From: an uncultured Chloroflexia bacterium
GTDB lineage: Bacteria; Chloroflexota; Limnocylindria; Limnocylindrales; CSP1-4
DNA: 64,000 bases
Assembly (NCBI GenBank): GCA_963707215.1
Contig: CAVPPB010000003.1
Location: 768,001 to 832,000, forward strand
Direction of reading: 5' to 3'
This document shows positions 55,403-64,000 of this stretch, piece after piece. The position numbers were made by a program, and so were the translations under genes. The notes under the pieces are model-generated. The model was not told the DNA's origin, did no database searches, and saw only the letters and a program-made list of their open reading frames with translations. Numbering within the stretch: the stretch's first letter is position 1; each line of letters starts with the position of its first letter.

Positions 55403-56284
55403 TCAGACCCCGGACAGCAGACCGGCCGTCCGCCGGTCGGCGGCCCGGGCCTGGGGCATCCAGCGCAGCGAGGTCGGGATGAACGGACGCCAGGAGCGCC
55501 AGCCGGCCAGCAGCCAGCGTGCGACCACGCGGCGCTCGGACGACCACCTGATGCCGTACTCCTCGCGGAGCGAGGGCGGCAGCAGGCCGATCGCTGGCCA
55601 GAGCGCCCAGTCGTAGGCCGCCGACGGGACGGCGTCGAGGAGGGGCCGAGCGGCCGGGACCAGCGGTCCCAGCGCCGGCTGGAGGACGTGGCCCGCCAGC
55701 TCCCGCGAGATGGCGCTCGGGTGGACCGGACCGTCCGGGCCGAGCATCCTGGTGACGTACGCCTGGAAGGCAGCGAGATCACCCGGCAGACGGTCGGCCG
55801 GGATCCCCAGCGCACGTCCGACCGGCAGCGTCTCGGCGTAGAAGCGGGCGGCCCGCTCCCGCGACAGCGGCTCGAGCCAGCGGTCGTAGGCCACGATCGT
55901 GGAGTCGACCAGGGTCGCGTGGACCCACAGCGAGAGATCGGGGTCGGCGGCCGTGTAGGCGGGACCGAACCGCGCCGCCACTCCCTCGTCCCGCACGGGA
56001 CCACGGACCGGCAGGTGTCGCCTCCGGAGTCGCTCCACCTCGGCCCGGGCGGCCGGCGTGGAACCGTAGACGATCGTCAGGTAGCTGCGGAGCGTCGCCT
56101 GCAGCCGGCTCCACGGGTCCGCCCGGAACGACGAGTGCTGGTCAACGCCCTCGGCCACCAGCGGGTGGGCGATCTGCATCAGGAGCGCCCGCGGACCGGC
56201 GCCCAGGAGCAGGAACGCCTCCCGGTCGAGCCGCCAGGCTTCGGAGCCGGGGCCGTACAGGCCGACCCGCGGGTCGTCGATCAC
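55403..56284 (-). CDS. MpaB/DUF2236 oxygenase-like protein
   Basis: GLYGPGS..W, RALLMQIAHPLVA.GV.QHS.F..DPW.RL..T and WVHATL motifs. Confidence 0.88.
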   Translation of the reverse strand: MIDDPRVGLYGPGSEAWRLDREAFLLLGAGPRALLMQIAHPLVAEGVDQHSSFRADPWSRLQATLRSYLTIVYGSTPAARAEVERLRRRHLPVRGPVRDEGVAARFGPAYTAADPDLSLWVHATLVDSTIVAYDRWLEPLSRERAARFYAETLPVGRALGIPADRLPGDLAAFQAYVTRMLGPDGPVHPSAISRELAGHVLQPALGPLVPAARPLLDAVPSAAYDWALWPAIGLLPPSLREEYGIRWSSERRVVARWLLAGWRSWRPFIPTSLRWMPQARAADRRTAGLLSGV

Positions 56285-56307
56285 CGGGCCGGGACGGACG
56301 GGGCTCT

Positions 56308-56976
56308 TCAGCGTTCCTGGGGGCTCCGCTCGACGACCCACCAGGCGAACGGGAAGACGGCCCCGGCGAGCGCCAGCTTGACCAGGTCGCCGACGAGGAA
56401 CGGTGCCAGCCCCTGGGCGATCGTCTGGCTGAAGGTCAGGTCGGCCGCGATCCAGAGCCACGGCAGGCCGACGGCATAGATGACCGCGTTGCCGACGGCC
56501 ATCGCTGCGATCGCACCGCCCAGATGTCGGTCCCAGCCCAGCTCGGCGAGCTTCCCGACGACCATCGCGGCCACGACGAAGCCGATGAGGTAGCCGCCGG
56601 TGGCGCCGAGGACGATAGCCCCATCCTGTCGGGTCGCGAAGGTGTCGAGGCCCGACTGCCCACCGGCGTAGACCGGCAGGAACAGCCCGAGGGCCAGGTA
56701 CAGCCCCGTGGCCAGGCTCGCCCGCCGCGCACCGAGCGCTCCGCCGACGAGCAGCACCGCGAACGTCTGGCCGGTGACCGGCACCGGCGAGCCCGGGACC
56801 GGGAACCGGACCTGGGCGGCGAGGGCGATGACGATCGCTCCGGCGACGATGAGCGCCAGGTGCCGGGCGAACGGCCGCATCCGCTCGGCGACCCGCACGG
56901 GAACGAGGAAGTCCGCGAGGGTGATCCCACGTTCGGCGGCCGGGAGGCGATTCAGCGACGGCACGGAGAACGTCAC
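56308..56976 (-). CDS. bioY: Biotin transporter BioY
   Basis: PVPVTGQTFAVLL.G, LPVYAGG, TGGYLIGF and PFLVGDLVK motifs. Confidence 0.93.
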   Translation of the reverse strand: MTFSVPSLNRLPAAERGITLADFLVPVRVAERMRPFARHLALIVAGAIVIALAAQVRFPVPGSPVPVTGQTFAVLLVGGALGARRASLATGLYLALGLFLPVYAGGQSGLDTFATRQDGAIVLGATGGYLIGFVVAAMVVGKLAELGWDRHLGGAIAAMAVGNAVIYAVGLPWLWIAADLTFSQTIAQGLAPFLVGDLVKLALAGAVFPFAWWVVERSPQER

Positions 56977-57030
56977 CGCGGCGGCGGACCTCCCTCTGGC
57001 GCCCGGACGGTGCCCGGGGTCGTGGGCAGT

Positions 57031-59562
57031 CTAGCGCGGGTCCACGCGCACCGCCCGCACGATCGGCAGGCCGGCTGCCGTCCGGGCCGGATACCAGGCC
57101 GCGAGCATCGCCACACCGAGGCCCAGGACCACGACCAGGCCAAGCGTCGGCCAGGGGATGGCCGGCAGGGTCGCCGACCCATCGGCGACCGCCAGGACGA
57201 TGGTCGCCACGATCAGCCCGCCGACGATGCCCAGGACCACGGCGATGCCGCCCAGGATGCCCGCCTCGACGACGACCATGCGACGGACCTGGCGGCGGGT
57301 CATCCCGGTCGCCCGGAGGATGCCGATCTCGCGGACCCGGTCGACGACGCTCATCGCCAGGGTGTTGACGATGCCGAGGGCAGCGACCGCGACGGCGACG
57401 AGAGCCAGGATGTCGAGCAGGCCGTAGATCCGGCCCAGTGCCTGGGTCACTGCGTCCTGGACGTCGGCAAGGGGAACGGCCTCGAGGCCGTAGAGAGCGG
57501 CGGTCTCGTCGACCACGGTCGCCGTCTGGGGCCCACTGCCGTCGACGTAGCGGACGGCCAGGCTGTCGGCGCCGGTCACCCCGAACGAGCCGGACGCATC
57601 CGGCCAACCGATGAGGACGGCCTCGCCGCCCCGCCCCGGCAGTCCACGCTCGACGATTCCGGCGACCTCGAGCTCGACGACCGGGCCGGTCCCGGGCAGC
57701 AGCTCGATGCCATCACCGACCCCGACGTCGAGATCGAACTGGTCCAGCATCGAGGCCGGCAGGACGACGGCGCCACCGGCATCGAGGGCGGCGAGGGCGG
57801 TCTGGCGGTCCCCCTCGATGAAGGTCAGCCGGCCATCGGCCAGGAGATCGGCCCCGACCACGGCCGAGGCATCCATCCGGTATCCCTGGAAGGCGACGGC
57901 GAAGGTGGCGATCGGCGAGACGCGCTCGACACCGTCGACGGCGGCGATCTCCATGATCGGGCCGCTCTCGTCGATCGGCAGCGGGGCGACGGCCACCAGG
58001 ACGGCATCTCCGGGGATGACGCCCTCGAGCCAGGCCGTGGCGGTCCGGCGGGCGTCGGTGGCGACCGTGGCCAGGGCGACCACGAGGGTCAGGGCGACCG
58101 CCAGGGCGCCCACGGTCATGCCGGTCCGACCCGGATCGCGGGCCAGGGCGCCACGGGCCAGGCGCTCCTCCATGGGGGCGAAGGCGGCGAACGGGATGCC
58201 GACGAGGCGGCCCAGGAGGGGTGCGACGACCGGCGACAGCAGGGCCAGGACGACGAGCGACCCGTAGGCCACGAGCTGTCGGGTCGCGCCGTCGAGGCCC
58301 GGGCCAAGGAGGACGGCGGCGATCGCGACGACGACCGCAACCCCGATCAGCCACCAGGCCCAGGCGCGCCGACCGCGCCGCTGGTCGGCGCGCGACCGGA
58401 GGGCCTCGACGGGCGGGACACGGCCGGCCCGGAGCGCGGGCTCCAGCGCCGCGGCCAGCGTCACCGCGAGGCTGACGACGCCCGCCAGGGCGAGCCCGGC
58501 CGGCGACACGGCCAGCAGGGCCGGCAGGCCGATGGCAGCGCGCACGACCCCCGCCAGGAGGGCCGCCAGGAGGATGCCGAGGCCGAGCCCCAGGGCAGCG
58601 CCTACCACCCCGAGGGCGAGAGCCTGGCGGAGGACCACGCCGACGACCTGGCCGCGGGTCGCGCCGGCCGCCCGCAGGAGGGCGACCTCGCGGAAGCGCT
58701 CGGTCACCGTCATCGAGAGGGTGTTGAAGACCAGGAACGCGCCCGCGAACAGGGCCACGGCCGCCACCAGGGCCATCGTCGATCGGAAGTCGGCCGTCGA
58801 CGCGCGCATCGAATCGGCCAGCTCGTCGGGTGTCGTGAGCACGTACGGTGTCGCGAGGGCCGGCCCGAGGTCGTCGGCGACCGTCTCGGGGACGGCATCG
58901 GGCTCGAGGACCAGGTCGAGCCGGGTCGCGCCGTCGAGACCGAAGAGCGCACGGGCCGTCCCGATCGGCAGGACGACCGTCCGTCCGCCCGAGCCGACGA
59001 CCGGCCCATCGCCACGGACGATGCCGACGACCGTGACGGCGCCCGTGCCGGGCGGGGCCTCGGCAGAGCCCAGAAGCTCGATCTCGTCACCGATGGCCAG
59101 CCCGCTCGCGTCGGCAAGGGTGTGGCTGATGAGCACGCTCTGCTCGTCGTCCCGGACGAGGCCGCTCCCCTCGACGACTTCGATGGTTCGGACCTGTGGG
59201 TCGAGGACCGGGTCGATCCCGAGCACTGCCACCGGGCCCTCGGCGCCCGCGTCGGGCACGAGCCCCGGGAGCAGGTAGGTCCGCCGCTCGATCGAGGGCG
59301 CCGCCACCGCGACACCTGATACGGACCCCGCGCGATCAAGGGCGCTGGCGTCGAAGACCGCGTCGCCGAAGGCAGTCACGGTCAGGTCGGCGCGGCCGAC
59401 GGCGTCGGTCACGGCCTGCTCGACCGCCCGATCGGATCCCTCGGCGGTGACCACCGTCGCCACCAGGACCGCTGCGCCGAGGGCGACGCCGAGGATCGTC
59501 AGGATCGAGCGGATCGGGGCGGCGGTCAGGCTCCGCCAGGCGAGGGCGCCGAGTCCGCCCAC
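57031..59562 (-). CDS. ABC transporter permease with duplicated FtsX/MacB modules
   Basis: RSILT.LGVALG, NTLSM.V.ER.RE..LLRA.G and a second NTL.MSV..R.REIG.LRA.G. Start GTG 59562. Confidence 0.9.
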   Translation of the reverse strand: MGGLGALAWRSLTAAPIRSILTILGVALGAAVLVATVVTAEGSDRAVEQAVTDAVGRADLTVTAFGDAVFDASALDRAGSVSGVAVAAPSIERRTYLLPGLVPDAGAEGPVAVLGIDPVLDPQVRTIEVVEGSGLVRDDEQSVLISHTLADASGLAIGDEIELLGSAEAPPGTGAVTVVGIVRGDGPVVGSGGRTVVLPIGTARALFGLDGATRLDLVLEPDAVPETVADDLGPALATPYVLTTPDELADSMRASTADFRSTMALVAAVALFAGAFLVFNTLSMTVTERFREVALLRAAGATRGQVVGVVLRQALALGVVGAALGLGLGILLAALLAGVVRAAIGLPALLAVSPAGLALAGVVSLAVTLAAALEPALRAGRVPPVEALRSRADQRRGRRAWAWWLIGVAVVVAIAAVLLGPGLDGATRQLVAYGSLVVLALLSPVVAPLLGRLVGIPFAAFAPMEERLARGALARDPGRTGMTVGALAVALTLVVALATVATDARRTATAWLEGVIPGDAVLVAVAPLPIDESGPIMEIAAVDGVERVSPIATFAVAFQGYRMDASAVVGADLLADGRLTFIEGDRQTALAALDAGGAVVLPASMLDQFDLDVGVGDGIELLPGTGPVVELEVAGIVERGLPGRGGEAVLIGWPDASGSFGVTGADSLAVRYVDGSGPQTATVVDETAALYGLEAVPLADVQDAVTQALGRIYGLLDILALVAVAVAALGIVNTLAMSVVDRVREIGILRATGMTRRQVRRMVVVEAGILGGIAVVLGIVGGLIVATIVLAVADGSATLPAIPWPTLGLVVVLGLGVAMLAAWYPARTAAGLPIVRAVRVDPR

Positions 59563-59564
59563 GA

Positions 59565-60317
59565 TCAGAGCCCGACTTGGGCCAGGCGAGCGATCAGGGG
59601 CGCCGCCCCGTGGTCGGTGCGCCGGCCGAGCTTGATCTCGTCGAGCACCCGGCCGTCGCGGACGACAAGGACGCGGTCGGCGTAGGCCGCCGCCTTCGCA
59701 TCGTGGGTGACCAGGACGACCGTCTGTCCGCGCTCGGCGCACGATCGCCAGAGCGCGTCGAGGATCTCTGTCCCGGTCGAGTAGTCGAGGTTGCCGGTCG
59801 GCTCGTCGGCCAGGAGGATCGCCGGGTTCGTGACGACTGCCCGGGCGATGGCGACGCGCTGCTGCTCGCCCGCCGAGAGCTCGTCCGGCCGGTGGCGCTC
59901 CTTGCCGGTCAGCTCGACGAGGTCGATGGCGTCGGCGACACGTTTCGCCGGCTCGCCACGCCGCGCGTCCACCCCGGCGATGGCGAAGGGCAGGGCGACG
60001 TTCTCGCGGACGTCGAGCAACGGGATGAGGTTGAAGGACTGGAAGACGAACCCGGTCCGTTCGCGGCGCAGCCGGGTCGCCGGGTCGTCGGCAAGACCCG
60101 CGATGGCCTGGCCTTCGAGCACGACCTCGCCGCTGGTCGGGCGGTCGAGGCCGCCGAGCAGCTGGAGCAGCGTCGACTTGCCCGAGCCCGAGGGACCCAT
60201 GATCGCGACGAACTCACCCGCCTGGACGGCCAGGGAGACCCCGCGCAGCGCCTCGACCGTGCCGCCGCCGAGCCGATAGGTCTTGGTGAGGTCACGGGCC
60301 TCGAGGACGAGGGTCAT
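59565..60317 (-). CDS. ABC transporter ATP-binding protein (LolD/MacB-type)
   Basis: GPSGSGKST, LSAGEQQRVAIARA, LADEPTGNLD and VTHD motifs. Confidence 0.95.
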   Translation of the reverse strand: MTLVLEARDLTKTYRLGGGTVEALRGVSLAVQAGEFVAIMGPSGSGKSTLLQLLGGLDRPTSGEVVLEGQAIAGLADDPATRLRRERTGFVFQSFNLIPLLDVRENVALPFAIAGVDARRGEPAKRVADAIDLVELTGKERHRPDELSAGEQQRVAIARAVVTNPAILLADEPTGNLDYSTGTEILDALWRSCAERGQTVVLVTHDAKAAAYADRVLVVRDGRVLDEIKLGRRTDHGAAPLIARLAQVGL

Positions 60318-60386
60318 CGTCGAACGCTCCGGTAGATGGGGTTCGGGGGCCAGTGTAGCGGCCGTCGGCGGCGGTGGTGCCTGCCG

Positions 60387-61325
60387 TCAACCCCCCAGGT
60401 AGAAGCCGGCGACGCCAGTGACGATCGAGTCGACGAGGCCTCGCGCGGTGGACGGATCGACGATCCGCAGCCCGGCGGTGGCCCCCGGATCGGTGGGCTC
60501 AGGCGAAGGGTCGGGTGACGGCGACGGGCCGCGCGACGGGACAGGCTTCGGGGAGGCTCCGGAACGGTCGGGCCCGTCCAGGTCGGGCTTCGCGGTCGGG
60601 GTCGGCGTGGGCGTCGGGGTCGGCGTGGGCGCGGCGGTGGCCGCTGGCTTCGCCGTCGGCTTCGGGGTCGCGGCCGGCCTGGACGTCGGCTTCGGCGTCG
60701 CCCCGGGCTTGGTCGTCGGCTTCGGTGTGGGCGCAGGGGTGGGCTTGGGCGTCGGTGCCGGCGTCGGCTTCGGGGTCGGCTTGGGCGTGGGCGCCGGGGC
60801 CGAGCCGCCGCACTTGTCGGCGAAGACCACCGTCCACATCTTCTTGCCGGTCGGGCCCTTGTAGGCACCGATGCCGACAGCGTCCCAGGCCTTGCCCAGG
60901 ATGTTCGCCCGGTGCCCGGACGAGTCCATGAACGACTTGTGGATCGCGGCCGTGGCGACGTCGTCCGGGTAGTTGTTCCAGCCGATGTTCTCGCCCGCCG
61001 ACACGAAGCAGTAGCCGCGCTCCTTCAGGATCGAGAAGACGTTCTTCCCCGACGGCGGGATCGAGTGGCTGAAGTAGTCGCGGACGATCATGTCCTTGCT
61101 GCGCCCCCGGGCGATGTCGCGCAGCGCGGCGTCCATCTTCAGGGGAGCGAGACCGGCCGACGCCCGGGCCTGGTTGTGGAGCTTCAGCAGCTGGTCCTCG
61201 GACCCGGACGAGAAGGCGCTCGGATCCCACGCGAGGGCGGCGTGCGGGACGGCCAGGCCGGCGAACGAGGAGGCCGTGAAGGCCAGGGCGACGATGAAGG
61301 CGAGGCGGGCGATCGGGCGTCGCAT
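60387..61325 (-). CDS. Secreted CAP/SCP-domain protein with a Pro/Thr/Lys-rich stalk
   Basis: Signal peptide, HNQAR, YFSH, GENI and S.GHRANIL motifs, then PTPKPT repeats. RBS GGAGG. Confidence 0.88.
   Translation of the reverse strand: MRRPIARLAFIVALAFTASSFAGLAVPHAALAWDPSAFSSGSEDQLLKLHNQARASAGLAPLKMDAALRDIARGRSKDMIVRDYFSHSIPPSGKNVFSILKERGYCFVSAGENIGWNNYPDDVATAAIHKSFMDSSGHRANILGKAWDAVGIGAYKGPTGKKMWTVVFADKCGGSAPAPTPKPTPKPTPAPTPKPTPAPTPKPTTKPGATPKPTSRPAATPKPTAKPAATAAPTPTPTPTPTPTAKPDLDGPDRSGASPKPVPSRGPSPSPDPSPEPTDPGATAGLRIVDPSTARGLVDSIVTGVAGFYLGG
60590..60800 (-). repeat. Low-complexity coding repeat (PTPK/PTPA)n
   Basis: [29 protein letters not shown]...[10 protein letters not shown]. Confidence 0.85.
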
Positions 61326-61530
61326 CGGCTGGCCGGTCCTCCGTCGAGCGGGCGCCACCGGCTGGGACCGATGACCACGGGCAGAACGTACGACCGGGAG
61401 GTACCCACGACCGCGACCCGGTCGTCATGGGGCACCGGACCCGGGGGTACCACTCCCGCCGCCACCCGGGGGTCAGCGACCGCCCCGGAGCACCCCAGGC
61501 CGGGACGAAGCGCACCGTCTGCGGCGGTCG

Positions 61531-62175
61531 TCAGTCGTCGTCCTCGCCACGCCACGCCTCCAGGGCCTCGCGCGCGATGAGGACCGTCATGCCGAGGGCC
61601 GCGACCGGGTCGGCCCACCACCACCCGAACAGGGCATTGGCGCCGATGCCCACGAGCAGGAAGAGCGACAGCCAGAAGCAAGCGTCGGTCTGGAACGCGT
61701 CGGCGGCCATCGCCCGGCTGCCGAGCGCGATGCTCACGCTCCGCTTCTGTCGGGCGAGCCACCACATCACCACCAGGGACACGGCCGCCAACAGGATGCC
61801 GACGAGCGAAGGCTCCGGCCGCTCACCTGCGAGCAGCGACGTCGTCGAGTCCCAGGCGATGTAGGCGGCCAGCAGGGCGAGCGACGCCGCCACGAACCGC
61901 TGGGCCCGACGCTCGACGTGCTCGATCCGCTCGAGGTCGTCCTCGTCGGCGCGTCGCTCGGCCAGGAGGCGCCAGATGAGCACGGACCCCGAGGCCGACT
62001 CGACGAACGAGTCGATCCCGAACCCGAGGAGGGCCACGGAGCCGGCCGCCGCGGCGGCGGCGATCGCGACGAGGCCCTCAACGATGTTCCAGCCGACCGT
62101 GAGGTACTCGAGGCGCAGCGCCCGGCGCAGCAACCGGGGTCGCTCGGGCGGGGTGGCGTCGAGGACGTCGCTCAT
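61531..62175 (-). CDS. Cation diffusion facilitator, TM-only type
   Basis: NIVEG, SVALLGFGIDS..E, LGS.A..ADA.QT and WWWADP motifs; no cytoplasmic C-terminal domain. Confidence 0.85.
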   Translation of the reverse strand: MSDVLDATPPERPRLLRRALRLEYLTVGWNIVEGLVAIAAAAAAGSVALLGFGIDSFVESASGSVLIWRLLAERRADEDDLERIEHVERRAQRFVAASLALLAAYIAWDSTTSLLAGERPEPSLVGILLAAVSLVVMWWLARQKRSVSIALGSRAMAADAFQTDACFWLSLFLLVGIGANALFGWWWADPVAALGMTVLIAREALEAWRGEDDD

Positions 62176-62359
62176 CCGTGACCGGTCCTCCCGGAACGGT
62201 GTCGATCGACGGGGCGCAGCGGGGGTGTGCGGGCCGGCGCCACGCGCCTGCGGGATCGGCCGGAGTGTACCGGCTGACGCCCATCGCGCGGGGCTCGCGT
62301 ATACTCCGCCCGTCCCGCGAGCGGTCGGTCGATCCGGTCCCGCTCGCGCCGCGACCAGC

Positions 62360-62436
62360 GGTGGCCTTAGCTCAATGGGCAGAGCACTGGATTGTGGCTC
62401 CAGAGGTTACGGGTTCAAGCCCCGTAGGCCACCCCA
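62360..62436 (+). tRNA. tRNA-His(GTG)
   Basis: Cloverleaf with acceptor GTGGCCT/AGGCCAC, anticodon arm CTGGA-TTGTGGC-TCCAG, T-loop TTCAAGC, encoded G-1:C73 and CCA. Upstream TATACT near 62300. Confidence 0.97.
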
Positions 62437-62617
62437 TCACTCCGCACGAGTCTCGGCCCTGACCAGCCGCCGGGCGGCGCCCCGGCGCCCCCCCGCAGGA
62501 TCGGCCAGTAGACCGGACGACCGAGGCCGGCCATGACCGATGCATCTGGTCGCGGCCGCCCGACCCGCCCGAGACTCCTGCCGACAGGACGTCGCAGTGC
62601 GCGGAGGGAGCCGGGCC

Positions 62618-63190
62618 ATGGAGCAGGCCGAGCTGTTCATCCATTCGGCCGAGATCGCCGGTGTCTTCGTCGGCTTCGGGGCGCTCATCGCCATCCGGAG
62701 CGGCGCCACGATGGCGGTGAGCGAGATCAATGCCATCCGCTGGGTCATGACGAGCGGCATCTGGGTCATCGTCGTCGCCCTGGCGCCGCTGTTCATCGCC
62801 AGCTACGGCGTCGGCGGTCGCGAGCTCTGGCTCGTCTCGGGCCTCCTGGCGCTCGGGTTCCTGGCGCTCATCGTCGTCGTGTTCACGCGCACGCCCGAGA
62901 ACGAGGCCGAGGTGCGTGCCACCATGGCCGGCACGACGAGCCGGCAGGCCGTCATGTATCTCGTGCTGTGGATGGCGCCCTCCTTCTGGCTGCCCCTGGC
63001 GAGCCTCGTCCTCGTCCTCGTCCTGGCCGTCCTCGGGCTCTTCCCTGACCAGGAGGAGGCGCTCTACCTCAGCGCGGTCGGCCTCGGCCTGTTCATGAGC
63101 GCGCTCGGCCTGTTCGTCGGGGTCTTCGGGCCGCCACCCGAGCCTGTCGACGCCGCGGAGCGGCCCGCGAGAGATGGCGCGGACGCCTGA
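62618..63190 (+). CDS. Hypothetical membrane protein
   Basis: AEIAGVFVGFGALI N-terminus, about 5 TM helices, RBS GGAGGGAG. Confidence 0.7.
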   Translation: MEQAELFIHSAEIAGVFVGFGALIAIRSGATMAVSEINAIRWVMTSGIWVIVVALAPLFIASYGVGGRELWLVSGLLALGFLALIVVVFTRTPENEAEVRATMAGTTSRQAVMYLVLWMAPSFWLPLASLVLVLVLAVLGLFPDQEEALYLSAVGLGLFMSALGLFVGVFGPPPEPVDAAERPARDGADA

Positions 63191-63241
63191 CGTCGGCGCG
63201 CTAGCATCGGAGCGCTGACCGCCGCCCGAGGAGGCCGCCCC

Positions 63242-64000
63242 GTGGACCCGAACCACGCGATCCTGTTCGAGCCCGTCCGGATCGGGCCCAAGACCCTCCG
63301 CAACCGCTTCTACCAGGTCCCCCACTGCTCGGGCTTCGGGACCGAGAAGCCGTGGACCCAGGCGGTCCACCGGGGCGTCAAGGCCGAGGGCGGCTGGGCG
63401 GCCGTCTGCACCGAGTACGCCCCGTTCACCCCGGATACCGACGAGGCGCCCATCATCGCCGCCCGCTTCTGGGACGAGGACGACATGCGGGCGCTCCGGC
63501 TCATGACCGACGAGGCCCACCGTCATGGCGCCCTCGCCGGCCTCGAGCTCCACCACGCCGGCAACCACGCCGAGAACAACGTCACCCGCTACCCGACCCT
63601 GGCGCCCAGCCAGACGGCCTCGGACCTCCACGCCCATGTCGTCGCCAAGGCGATGGAGCGCTCGGACATCGAGCGGATCCAGCGCGCTTGGGTCGAGTCG
63701 GCGAAGCGGGCCCGGGATTGCGGCTTCGACATCGTCTACGCGTACGGCTCCCACTCGTACCTGCTCATGCAGTTCCTGTCGCCCTTCTACAACCAGCGGA
63801 CCGACGGCTACGGGGGATCGCTGGCGAACCGGGCGCGCTTCTGGCTCGAGACGCTCGAGGCGGGCAAGCAAGCCATCGGCGACGACTGCGCCGTCGCGAC
63901 CCGGATCGCCGTCGAGGGGATGGGGCCGTCGGGCATCCACCTCGACGAGGCCCTCGAGTTCGTCGCGATGGCCGACCCGTACGTCGACCTCTGGGACGTC
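63242..64000 (+). CDS. Trimethylamine/dimethylamine/histamine dehydrogenase-family flavoenzyme (runs off the window)
   Basis: Manual translation: MDPNHAILFEPVRIGPKTLRNRFYQVPHC...KAEGGWAAVCTEY...YGSHSYL..QFLSP.YNQRTDGYGGSLANRARF. RBS GAGGAGG. Confidence 0.88.
   Translation, partial: MDPNHAILFEPVRIGPKTLRNRFYQVPHCSGFGTEKPWTQAVHRGVKAEGGWAAVCTEYAPFTPDTDEAPIIAARFWDEDDMRALRLMTDEAHRHGALAGLELHHAGNHAENNVTRYPTLAPSQTASDLHAHVVAKAMERSDIERIQRAWVESAKRARDCGFDIVYAYGSHSYLLMQFLSPFYNQRTDGYGGSLANRARFWLETLEAGKQAIGDDCAVATRIAVEGMGPSGIHLDEALEFVAMADPYVDLWDV

Noticed and set aside
60590-60800. Repetitive GTCGGC/TTCGGG tract
   Set aside because: Explained by the Pro/Thr/Lys stalk of the CAP protein.
62360-64000. tRNA-His as the integration site of an island
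   Set aside because: No integrase, no duplicated tRNA 3' end in the window, and downstream genes have host-like GC.

Overview
A very GC-rich (roughly 70-75% by eye) bacterial chromosome segment with about 55 genes and one tRNA-His. The gene set and promoter style suggest a monoderm soil or freshwater lineage such as Chloroflexota or Actinomycetota (inference only). Main contents: methionine synthesis (partial metH, yitJ-type fusion); DNA repair (lhr-nei, ligD, ku, and an RmuC/DUF2130-like coiled-coil nuclease); a purine catabolism block (guaD, xanthine dehydrogenase); glycosyltransferases; a PadR module; an ABC exporter, bioY and secreted surface proteins; and the start of a TMADH-family flavoenzyme. 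Most ORF-track calls are GC-rich shadow frames, so many starts were re-assigned. The most notable observations are: (1) a single polypeptide fusing an AcuC lysine deacetylase to an AcuA-like GNAT; (2) a coiled-coil PD-(D/E)xK nuclease near ku behind a TGTCAC-N10-(-10) promoter with PafBC/WYL-type geometry; (3) a Balon-like baeRF ribosome factor; (4) a heavily frameshifted, lower-GC HNH restriction-type gene missed by the ORF track; (5) widespread leaderless promoters; (6) a CWB2-Excalibur-M1 peptidase fusion. Several frameshifts (ligD, the HNH gene, a papain-like gene) may be assembly indels. No CRISPR array, integrase or IS element was seen. All family assignments come from motif recognition by eye, not from database searches.
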